Part shown: positions 11,996-23,200 of the stretch, piece by piece
Position numbering within the stretch: position 1 is the first letter of the stretch
Layout: each line of letters begins with the position of its first letter
Assembly: GCA_049999805.1 (NCBI GenBank)
Contig: JBNGIO010006129.1
Location: 162,276-203,308, forward strand
DNA from: Folioceros fuciformis
Lineage: Eukaryota
Reading direction: 5' to 3'
DNA length: 41,033 nucleotides
The notes under the pieces: model-generated
The model's input: only the letters and a program-made list of their open reading frames with translations
Databases searched by the model: none
Told to the model about the DNA's origin: nothing
Position numbers and translations under genes: made by a program

Positions 11996-12650
11996 TGCAT
12001 CATCCTCTTCCCGCTTTCCCCACCATCATGCCAACAGGCATCAGTTTCCAGAGACGGAGATAGAGCACCATCCACAAATGTTCAAATGTTGCTGCAATCT
12101 ATGTCCACCAGCTTTCACCCATTCCAAGACTGTAGAGTAGAAAAGCTGTCTCTTTCGGCATGAGGCAGCTGAGAACAAGCTGTGGGAACGGGTGAGATAG
12201 TGTGTGAAGGCTGTGTAGGCCTAACTGCCATTTGCAGCCCAAGAAATTGCCGGGCATCCCATAATTCCATCCACAGACATACAATTTACATAATATTCAC
12301 CGTTTGGCCAGGTAATCAAAATTATCATAACCATGACTGACTCCCATCCCTCATGGCTCCCGCGCGCGGTGATTTCCCGCCTGGCCGCAGATTTTCAATT
12401 CAAACAGCGGTCTACCAGATTCGTAAGAATCGATATTCCTACTACGTATCTTCGTATCGTAGACAGTGGCAAGCAAGGATCGAGTCTGTATGTGGAGCCA
12501 TGTTCTTGTGTAAGGCGGGGTAAGTGAAACCCGTGAAGAGAAACGGCATAGAAACGTGAGTCTCGCATGCGCCCGGCGTCTGCCCACTTTTTCTCCCATG
12601 ACAAGGAGTGAGCGCGAGGCGAGGCCTTTGTAACGTGCAGATTTCAAACG

Positions 12651-12766
12651 CGACGGGACGGGACGGGACGGGACGACCCGAGACTGGACGGGACGACACG
12701 AGACGGGACGGGACGGGACGACACGACACGACACGGGACCGGGCGGGACGACACAAGACGAGACGT
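12651..12766. repeat. Degenerate pentanucleotide microsatellite (CGGGA/CGACA)n
   Basis: GACGGGACGGGACG...GACACGACAC runs upstream of the U2AF65-like gene. Confidence 0.9.
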
Positions 12767-13648
12767 GGGATCACGTACCCTGCAGGCGCAGGAGCTTCCA
12801 GGAGGACCCAGAGCTCTGTGAGACGTTAAGCGATGGAGAGACATTTTGATGGGCTCACGCCTGCCCATCCTTCTCGTGCCTGAATTCAGTGCTACTTGAG
12901 TTGTCAGTCAGGCTACGTCGTTCTCATGCCTCACTGTCACTTAACTTGTGTGCCTGTGCCGACGTCCTGCACCCTTCACTGACAAAGAGAATGATGAAAG
13001 TAGTAGTACCAACTTGAAGGGCTCTAGGCGAGGCCAGGCCAGGCGTGGTCCAGCCCAGCTGGGGCTGGGAGCCTACCGGTCCTTAGCTTTCTGGGTCTTC
13101 CAGTGGGATGACGGACTTGGAAGGCAGTCAAGAGCCATCGCTCTCGCACTCTTTTGCACATTCGCGCTGTCTCTGCCAGCGCACTTGAAACTGGTGTTAG
13201 GTGGGGCTCCCGTCGCCGTCTCGTCACTCAGCTTGCTTGCTGCCTTCGCTTGCGTCTGCATTTACCACCGCTGCTTCTCCACCCAGGACTTGGTGTGTGG
13301 ACGAGGTCAGGTTCTGTCACGCCACAGCTTGGGACACTGGTCGCTGCCCGTTGCAGGCAATGACATTGCAAGCATTAGAATGATCCGTAGGATAAGGCAT
13401 GCGTAGCAGCAGTCCGGGGAAGCAGCAAGCGGAAGGAAGGGTCCGCCAGTGCGCTGTGGCAGAGTCCGACACTCCCGTGTTTTCACGATTCCCCTAATTT
13501 GGAACCTCCCCTCTGTACATGTACTTACATGCCCGGTCCGGTGGGAGTGACGGGAGTGCCCTGAACACCTTCAACTCTGCCATGCTCATTCATTGGTGTT
13601 GCTTTCCATCTTTTTGTCCCATCATTGCCTTCCATAATGTGACTCTGG

Positions 13649-13767
13649 TACTTCACTTCCGGGATTAGGGCTACATTTAAGCTCTCTATCACCACACTTT
13701 TAGCATTAGGGTTACGTTTCAGCTCTCTCTTACTTCACTTGTAGGCTTAGGGTAAAGTTTAAGTTCT
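13649..13767. repeat. 41-bp degenerate tandem repeat x3 containing TTAGGG
   Basis: TTAGGG at 13665, 13706 and 13747, each followed by a similar TTT(A/C)AG(C/T)TCT stretch. Confidence 0.8.
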
Positions 13768-14710
13768 TGATATGAGTACCAAGTACGCCACAAGTCACAA
13801 AGTATCTGTAATCTACATCATAGTGCATACTTTGCGGAGATCGTGTTATATATTGGTGTACTTTGTACAATGTGTAACAAGAATGTCCACCAAAAGAAGT
13901 GATTGGGTAAGTGTGTGTTTGTTTGTTTAGTGAGAAATGAAATGAAGTTTGATGTGATTTGCACAGTAGTGTAGTGTTGCTTGTTGGTGAGAATGAAAAT
14001 GATGTTTGAGGTCAAGTACATAAGTCAGGAAATGTGTCGACTTGACTATCGTGAGATAAAGAGATCACGAATGAGGTTGATCCATTGCATGGGTGTTGGC
14101 ACCTTTGCTAAACTGTTGGAAGATTGTACAAAGAACAAGAGATAGACAAGGTTGCTTGGGTTTCCGTCAACTTTGTTCAAGTTGTTTGTTTTTTCCTGGT
14201 AAAGTAGGGAGTACAAAAGCGCGACAAGGCTAAAGGTTGTCTTGTGGTTATGGTGGTGTCAGAGTCCCGCTAAAGACTGTCTCGTGGTTTAGTTTGGTGT
14301 CAAAGTACCAAAGCTTGACACCATGAAATTGCGAAACAAAGTACATATTGCAATTTGTTTGTTTATCTGTTGGTGAAGACAACTTGCATAAAAGCGCTTG
14401 TAGCTTGTACAAAGTCTTCATCAACAAACTGGTCAAAGATTAGATGGCCGCGACGTAGTTTGAGTATTCCTTGCTCTTTAAGGAACAACACATGAGTACA
14501 TACAACTGCCATACTTTGGTACGATTTGTGCATTTCTTGCTCAATAACAATGACTTATTTCTTTCTTATTGTGCATTTGTAGTTCTTTGTCTGTTTGTTG
14601 TATGTTGTATGAATGCTTCACTTTAGTGCAACTATTTGATTCTTGCTCAGTAAGTATTGTACAAATGCCTCACTTTTTCAATCAGAATAACATGTGTTTG
14701 TGCCATTGTT

Positions 14711-14898
14711 TGTGCTTATGCAACTGTCTGTACTTTGGTGTGATGTTTGTTGGCTCAGCTCATAAAAGCGCCATCAACCACAAAACATTTCCATTGTCCA
14801 TACATGTGCCTGTGCAATTGTCTGTACTTTGGTGTGGTGTTTGTTGGCTCGGCTCATAAAAGCACCAACAACGACAAAACATTCCCATCATCCATATA
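14711..14898. repeat. 94-bp tandem duplication
   Basis: TGCAA(C/T)TGTCTGTACTTTGGTGTG...GCTCATAAAAGC...ACAAAACATT at 14719 and 14813. Confidence 0.92.
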
Positions 14899-14986
14899 CC
14901 TTGGACAAGGGAACGACCTCAGGTCCCACCAAATCGTTCTCAAGGTCGATATGCACACGACAAGAGTTCGGTGGACACGTGTAGGT

Positions 14987-15280
14987 TGAGAAATGTTTCT
15001 CGCGGTAGATATGCTCGTGGCAAACCTTTTGATGGACAGTTGCAGCAATGACAAGGACACAAGATACAATGACCTGGATGGACAGTTGGAGCATTGAGAA
15101 GGACGTAAGATGCGATGAGAAATATTTCTTCCGGTTGATATGCTCATGTTAAACCTTGTGATGGAAAGTTGCAGCATTGAGAAGGACGTAAGATATGTTT
15201 CCTGCAACATTGAGAAGGACGTAAGATATGTTTCCTGCACCATTGAGAAGGATTGAGAAGGACGTAAAATATGTTTCCTG
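14987..15280. repeat. Nested repeats: a pair spaced 130 bp apart plus 33-bp units CATTGAGAAGGACGTAAGATATGTTTCCTGCA
   Basis: TGAGAAAT...GATATGCTC...AAACCTT at 14987 and 15117; CATTGAGAAGG at 15092, 15175, 15208 and 15241. Confidence 0.9.
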
Positions 15281-15689
15281 GCTCATCAGTCGTTGAACTT
15301 ACCACTTGTGTACAATATATATGTCTCACACTCCTAGAGGAAGGGCATCGAATATGTTTCCATGGTAGTAAGGACTTTGGCCACTATATGTTGAAAAGGA
15401 CACGAAAACTTGATCCCGTTCAATGTGTTGAGAAGGATGTGTCTACTTCAAACTCATGTTTCATATGCTCAAGGTAAGGTTTATGTCTGACATTTGTGTT
15501 GAGAAAGACAGATATAACTTTTCACGCTCTACAAACTCTGACTACTTTGTCCTTATGTCTTGGATAAGTGTGTACAAGATATGTTTCTCACTGTCAAAGT
15601 GCTTGTTCACGAGCATGACATCAAGTTCAAACAGAAGCAAGGATGTTAGACAAGGCTGAAGTACACGTGTATGAAGATTTGTGCTTTTT

Positions 15690-15910
15690 CGAATAGGTGC
15701 TGCATTGAAGTACACGTATCCTATCCTTCGAACAATGTCATGTAGTAAATTTAACATAGGTGCTACATTGTACACATGTCGTGTCCTTCGAACAATACAA
15801 CATAGAACACCCTCGAATAAGGCCTGCATCGAAGTACACATGTCTTGTCCTTCGAACAATACAACATAATAGATCTAATAAAGTTGAAGAGGTGCTGCAT
15901 CGGAGTACCA
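15690..15910. repeat. ~60-bp degenerate repeat, 3-4 copies (GGTGCTGCAT..AAGTACAC..TCCTTCGAACAAT)
   Basis: TCCTTCGAACAAT occurs three times, each preceded by a GTACAC-containing block. Confidence 0.8.
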
Positions 15911-17270
15911 TGCAAAGAAGCACAAGCTGTAGAGGGAACATCGAGAATCTTAGGGTTGTTGCAAGAAATATGAAAGAGAACCCTAATCTCTCGAATATCT
16001 TGTTGCATATGTTCTTCATTTTTATGCGGACCTAGCTGGTGAGGGAAGAAGGGGTTTGTCCGAAGTCGAAGTGGGGGAGGGCAGGAGTCGAAGTTGAGGA
16101 GGCAAGAAGAAAGATACCAAAGGCTAGGCTAGGGGTGTGTGCATGGAAGCTTTTTTTAGGTGGTAAGAGGTGGGTTCATTTGGGTTCAAATGTATGTGTA
16201 GATTGTTTGATCGCATTTTCCAGGCGGAGGCCCGGTGTGAAACTCTTTCAGGGGCGTGATGGGGGAGTAGGGGGGCCGAAGGGGCCCGAGCACGTCTAGC
16301 GGGAGGAGCTTGTAGAGAGGCCCGCGCTCGGCCGGGGCGTGTGGACCTTGGCCGCTCACCAGTCGCTTTCCCGGCTGGCTTGTAGGAGTTGTGGGACGCT
16401 TGTACCCAGTCACCTACTCCCTGCTCGCCGCTGCCTTGCTCTGCTTGCTATGTCTGCCAGCCCCGCCGTGAACGCAGTGAAGAGCAGTACGTACTTGATT
16501 CTGGGCTGGCAGGAGCCTGGCGGGCTCGCCGTCTGACTGCCATGCCCCTCTCTCCTTGCCTCCGCTGTCGTGCTGCTGGTGCTGTCACTTCTGAATTAAT
16601 TCTTCCCCTCACTCACACTCTCAGATCTGCTGCGCTCTCTGCTGCTCCCCCTACAAAATCCTCCCACTCTGCCCTTCTTCGCCACCCAATTGGGCCCTCA
16701 GGCTCTCAGGCAATTCTCCTTCGACGAGCTCTCTGCTGCTTCTTCCCCCGCCTGAAGCACCCTTCTCCTCCTTCGTCAAGAAGCGCCCTCGAGGTCCTGC
16801 CTCAGGAATGTGAGGACACGCGCTCCCACTTCTTCTCTTGTGCGCGTGCTTGCCTGCTGTATCTACCTCCTGTCGTTCCTGCTCTAATTGCTTTGGCAGC
16901 GTCGAAGACGCTGGCCTGCATTGCTCTAGTGTGTAGCAGGTTGTGGGAGCCCGTCCTTGCTCCGGGAGTCCGCTCGCGAATTCTTTTGGTGGCTCAGGAA
17001 CTCTGGTGTTGATTGCTCTCGGGAGCCTGTTTTCCTACACAAGGGTCATCCTCGATTCGCAACCTTGGTCAATTCGCCCGCGGAAGCTTCAACTGAATTC
17101 GAGTAGACTTGGAGCGTGGGGAAACGCCACAGGTAAGCGCAATTTGTGTATGCCACTGCGGGTTGTGGGAAATTTCGTTTTGCCCGTGCGATTTTCATCT
17201 TGGCTCTCGCGCATGTGTTGTAGATGCGCGACTTCGTGAGAAGCTCGAAGCCAAAGGTCCTTAGCTCTCA

Positions 17271-20200
17271 ATGAGTCAACTTATGGACATTGATAAGGGC
17301 CAAGGTTGGGTGGCACTGCGGAATCATGCTTGTAATTCTGTCTCGGACATTTTTTCTTGCTGAGTTTTCTCACATAATCCGTCAGGTGTGTCATTCTGGT
17401 GTTCTGCTTGCTAACGCACTGTTGTCTACCTGCCAGGTGCAGACTTTCTGGGACAGGCTGCCGCTGCCACGAATGCGCTTGCAGCTGTTCATACCCTCAA
17501 CCGTGGCCCTGATGTTCTCGATGCAGAAATCACCCTTTCTGCACTTGCATCAGAGGCCAATGCTTCAACGCCACCTGTGGAAGAATCTGGGAGGTCTGGC
17601 TGCATTTCAGTTTCGGTTTGCTCTCCTGACATTGCATCGAAGGTAAGCCTCACTCCAAGCTTCTCTCAGGCCGGCCATAGATGTGCATGATACGGAAATC
17701 GTTGAGGAAGAGCCGGAAGAAAATGGAGAGAGTCACGGGAGCTCGGACGACGACGACGATCACTCCTCTACTGATGGGGACTCGGATGAAGATGACACTT
17801 GTAGTGATGAGCGTCTGGAAGAGAGTGAAGCCTATGGTGACAACGATGACTCGTCCCCTGTGAGTGTAGGCTCATAACCTACTGCTTTCAAAGTTTGAAT
17901 CATGCCGTGCACCAGGTACTGGTGATCATTACCGGACTCTTATTCTGAAGTGCGTTGGACAGGTTCAGTACAGCGAGGAGAAGATCGATTATCTGATGGA
18001 ACGTCTTCTGCTGCGTGAAAGTGAGGTAGATTGCTAAACTCCCATGTGCTGCCCATCGTTTTCCGAGACATGTCCCGCTTTTGCTAATTCATTTCAAGTG
18101 GAGGGGTTTCGTCGAGTTGTGACCCTGAGTTGGAGTAGGTGTAAATTCTCTGCTGCCAAATTAGCTTTGCATTATTGATATCTTAATTCTATAAACACTT
18201 CATACACTTATGGGTCGTATACCACATGCCCACGGTGCAGCATTTTCCAGTGACTGAAAGTTGCATTCTCTCCTTTGACATGTGTTTCACAGCTCGCTGA
18301 TAGCCACGAACATCTAGAGGAGGAAACAGTCTCTCGTGTTACACAGGAGGTTACGGCAGAGCTTGCTGAAACACTGAGCGGTGCAGAGGTGAGCATTACA
18401 TGTCAATTGGTTTGTAATTTGTATTTGCTCACCCTGGGCTGACAGCTTCTTCTACTCTGTAGCTGAATGCAGCGGTGAAAGAGGAGATGGCTATCTATAC
18501 GAGAATGTGGAAAAGAAAATCCAAGAAGCTGGAGGAAAAGGCTTCCATCTTGCAGGTAAGGGGGTGCTTCTTGTCAGCTCAAAATCTGTGTCCCGTCGTC
18601 GCACAAGTCCTGTTCTGATGGGTGACAATTGAACAACGGAACAGGAGAAACTAGAAGACGCAAAAATTAGCCTCCCCGAATTTTACAGATCTCTTGACAG
18701 ACGAGCACCTGAAGAGAGCTTGACTGAGGTCTGGAAGCGAAACACACACTGGGCTGGACTTGCTGCTCCTGTAGAGGCTATCCAATTGGCCCAGCAAGCG
18801 GAACAGCACCTTCAAAGACAGCGGCCTGTGAAGAAGTATGTTGTTCTGCTAGCGCAGTGTTATCTCAGTTCATCGTTTCTAACAATCTGTCCCTGGTCCA
18901 TGGCTTTGAGTTCACCAGGGAGATTGATTTTTTTTTTTTTGGCTTGAATCTGCCTTTGGACCTTACCATCGTCCGGTGATGTCTAGCCGCCATGGAAAGA
19001 TTATCGAAGAAGGGGCGAGTGGTTTTCTCAAGAGAAAGATTGAAAGTGTTGGGGCCGATGCTCCCGATCGGCCAGTTGATGTTGATGAAGGGTGGTCTCT
19101 GATGGGTGACTATGTTGTTGGCAACAACCGTGGGGGTGGCCTGATGGGCACAGCTAGATGGGCAGCAGTGTATTCTGCAGCGACCCCAGAAGAGGCAACC
19201 AAGTTAGGCTTGAAACTCCCGGGTGAAGACAAGGTAAATCTCCATTATTTGATGGCGGCTATCATTTACTGTTCTTACTGTAGATTCTGAAATTTCTCCT
19301 CAACATTGCAGATTGAGGAGATAGGTGACCTTGATACTGTAAGTGATCCCGTGTATGTCGCGGCCGTTGCCCATGAAAGGTCCAGAGACGTGAATGTCAA
19401 CGTGAAGAAGGTTAGGGCTGGAGAATCACCCTGAAACTCCAGTGCAAAAGTCAGGTTTTTCAGTTGAACTGTCGTTGAGCATCTTGGTTTTGGTGCCTCG
19501 GTCCTCCAGGTCAGGGAAGTGGACGATATTAGAAGAACCATACGAGCGCGCCGAGTTGGGGATGGTGAAGTTCATGTCTCTAGGCGAAAACGAATTCCAA
19601 CAACAGTGAAGAGGGTAATTCTCAACATCCAGTCCTTGTTGCTAGCCAAGCCTATTCTCCTCCTCGCAATGGTAAAATCTATTTGGTGTACTGTGTTATT
19701 GTCTTGGAACTTCAACACAGCCGAGGCAGACTCCTCTTTCAGACCTTGAAAAACTGGCCGGAAACTTGCAACCAGACCCGGGAGTTCGAGACTTCCTGCC
19801 TGCTGGAGGGCATCAGGTCAACCATGTTGTTAGGGCCGAGATCAGAAATCATGGACGTCAAGACGGTGCCAATGAAGGTAGTGACCGAGAAGAATCTACA
19901 GCTGTGGCCTGGGAAGCAAAAACGTCCAGAAAGCGCCCCAGGTGGCTGCTTGATGTTCATGGGATTGCGCATGTTGATACCAGCAGTGAAGAAGGCAATG
20001 GGCAATATTTTCAACTCATACAAGGCGATTCAGAGAGTCCGAACAGACAGCTGCAGGAGGGGAAGGACCAAGAAATCATCCATGAGGTGCGAACAACAGT
20101 CGTCATTGATAGTGATGGAGAAAGAGAAGTGGAGGAGCATGTGTCTGGATCTTGGACAAGGACTCCTAGGCGCCGCAAAATTTCCAGCTTGCCTAGTACA

Positions 20201-23200
20201 GAGATGGGCCTGGTCGACCTAAACTTAGTTCCAACATTAACAGCTTCCGAGGGTATACCGGAGGCTATTCAGGACCGCCCTCACACTGTCTTGGCAAACA
20301 AGGAAGATGTCAATCCACAGCCAGATTTTAACGGTATCTTGGGGCTTGTTTCTCTGAAGGGAGAAAAGTTTTGTTGCACAGGGTGCGGTACCCTTATCCA
20401 TAAGTCTGATGTTCAGAAGCATCCCATCTTGCCCGTGGGCGTCTGCAGAGGGTGCTTCCAACGATACCATAGTGGCCCATTTACAAGGGTACGTACTGGC
20501 TGGTTACTGTCAGTTTTCAGTTGCATTTTTGTGGAATACCTTTGGTTGATACATGGAAATCTCTTCAGGGTGAGGACGGATCAGAGGCAGAGTGTCGCTG
20601 GTGTGGGGATGGGGGTAGTATTGTTTGCTGCGAAAAATGTGACAAGGTCTTTTGTAAGAAATGTATACGGCGTAATTTCGGGGAGAATGAACTCAATCGC
20701 ATACTTGGAACAGACTGGGAGTGTTATATATGCAACTCAGACCCACTGAAGTCATTGGTTCTGACAGAAACGCCTGGGGAGTTGTTGGTGCCAGTGAATA
20801 GTCGCAAGAAATCAAGGTATGTGGTGTGCAACCAAGGCCCTTATCTTGTCTGGTGCTCTTTCGCAACTAACTTTTCAGGCAGAGATTTTCAGACTCTGCC
20901 TCCAGGTCAGTCTGTGTTTGAAAGCTTGGTTTGTGGCAGATCACGTCGCCGAAATATCAGAAAGATAGCTGATGATGATGAAAAGACCAAAGAACTTCTA
21001 CAAATGGAGAAGGTATGGCTCGCTTAATTTGTGGTTGATTCACCTGGTGATGTACCCAAGCTTGTTGTATGATTTGTCACAAACCTTACAGGATCGGCAA
21101 GAAAGACAGGAGGAGTGGCTGGAGGATGCGGTCAGGAATGATGCTGCATCTATAGCCAAGAAAGCTGAAGCTGGTGAGAAGGACGAAATAGAGCTTGTCG
21201 CTGGCAAAGTTGTAGATGGATGTGTTCTTAATACAAATAAAGATGAAGAATTGGTTTGCGTGTGTCCAAGCATTTCCAGGCAGTTAAAGCCCCATCAGGT
21301 TGGATGTTCCCCTTTCTCGGTTCATGAATGTATTGCACTCTGTTTTTTCGCTGGGGCCTCTTAGCTGTGCGAGCCTGACTCGTTCTCCTCCTTTTGGTTT
21401 GTATTGCTTTCAGGTCAGTGGGGTACGATTTATGTGGCAAAATATCATTGACTCTGTGGATAGGGTGAAGTCAGGAGAGCGTGGGACAGGATGTATACTA
21501 GCCCATAGCATGGGCTTGGGAAAAACATTGCAGGTATATCCAGGAGAGCAGTTATTGCTGGATCTTTGTATGTTTTTAATTCGAAACAATCTGACTGAAG
21601 CTTATTTCTTACGTTAGCAGTCTGGCGTCTGTGGATTTTGACTCAGGTTATAGCATTTCTTCAAGCAGTATTAGCGAAGAAGGATTGGAGCCTCAAAAGC
21701 GCCCTTGTTGTAGTCCCACTCAACGTGTTGCACAACTGGCGGAATGAATTTAGGAAATGGAGGCCAGACGAGATGGCACCGGTGCCTGTATTCATGTATC
21801 AAGAACCATCCAGGCAAGGCTGATGCATTTGAGTTCGAGCGGTTTCTGGTTTTGCATTTTTTCACCAAACCTGGATTTACCATTGGCAGACGCACCATTC
21901 CATTGCATGGAAATTTGTCCCGCAGAGACGATGATCGGATTCAAGAGTTAAATAATTGGCAAGAGCAAGGTGGTGTCATGCTTATGGGATACTCATGTTT
22001 TCGGAATTTAGTGACTAAGAAACCCAAAGAAAAGGGGGAGCACCGGGAGTTATTTGTGGGCTCTTTGCAGGTACTTTCGTTCTGATGCGTTAGACCCTGT
22101 CTTTTCTTGAAACATCCTGTAACGAATGAAATGACTATTTTTTTACAGAATCCAGGGCCAGACATCCTTGTATGTGATGAAGCTCACCTGATTAAGAGCC
22201 AGGTATCGGGGATCACCAAAGCCCTGAGACGCGTTAGGACTCGTCGGCGAATTGCATTGACGGGCTCCCCACTCCAGAACAACCTCATGGAGTACTACTG
22301 TGTATGTCGTTATACTATGGCCTTGTTCAATCATGTGTTGGTGAGAGCTGTGGGTACAACGGCTTATTACCCTTTATGTCGTTCTTGTTTTCTGATATCA
22401 GATGGTTAACTTCGTGAGAGAGGATTTTCTGGGAACAGAACAAAAGTTCCGAAGCATGTAGGTGTTGTACGATAGCTAGCTATTTTCTCCTTAGGGTTCT
22501 GGTGACATGTGAGCAAGCTAAGCAGTGTTGGTGTTCTTTTCCTTGGTGCATTGGTTCCCTCGTGTGTTGATCTCTGCCTGCTGAGTTGTGCAGCTTTCTT
22601 AACCCTATCGAAAATGGTCAAATGGTTGATTCAACTCCAGAAGATGTGATGACGATGAAGGAGCAGGTAGTTGTTCTGCACAAGAGGTTGGAGGGGTTTG
22701 TACAGCGTGTGGGAAGTACTTTGTTGAAGGATGAACTCCCCCCGAAGTGTGCCTATATCATAAGTGTTCGGCTTTCACCGCAACAGCGATTTCTGTATGA
22801 AACATATCTACAGTCCAGTTCTATGCAGTCGTTGGCTGCTATTACTGAGAACGGTCGATCAAAAAAGAAAAGTCTTTTTGGGGCTTATCATACTTTGTCC
22901 AAAGTGAGAAAAGTTCTGGATCTTCTCGTTTTGAAGGTAGTGCCTTCGAGTGTATTACATGCTGGCACTTGATCTCTGACACTAGTTTCCATGGCGGCTC
23001 AGGTTTGGAATCATCCTGAAGTGCTTTGGATTGCTGAAGAGAACCGGGTTAGAGAGCCAAGCCCAGAATCAGAATTCAGCGGTGTTGGAAATGGTCAAGG
23101 GAAGTTGAAAGGTAAAGGTAAGCGTAAGGGTAAGCGTGGGCGTGGGCAGCGCCGTGGCAAGAAGGAGCTACCAGATTACAAGGACGAGATACCTGATGTC

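Larger units (their letters stand above)
13450..16300. mobile_element. Probable non-autonomous or decayed transposon with several internal tandem-repeat arrays
   Basis: GC drops abruptly relative to the flanks. At least five distinct repeat units (41, 94, 130, 33 and ~60 bp). Stop-riddled frames on the minus strand. A hairpin-plus-CTAG motif lies at the right end. No transposase or RepHel domain recognised. Confidence 0.5.

Noticed and set aside
13665-13752. Interstitial telomere array
   Set aside because: Only isolated TTAGGG hexamers inside a 41-bp unit, not tandem TTTAGGG.
15092-15280. 33-bp repeats as a CRISPR array
   Set aside because: Head-to-tail tandem copies without regular unique spacers.
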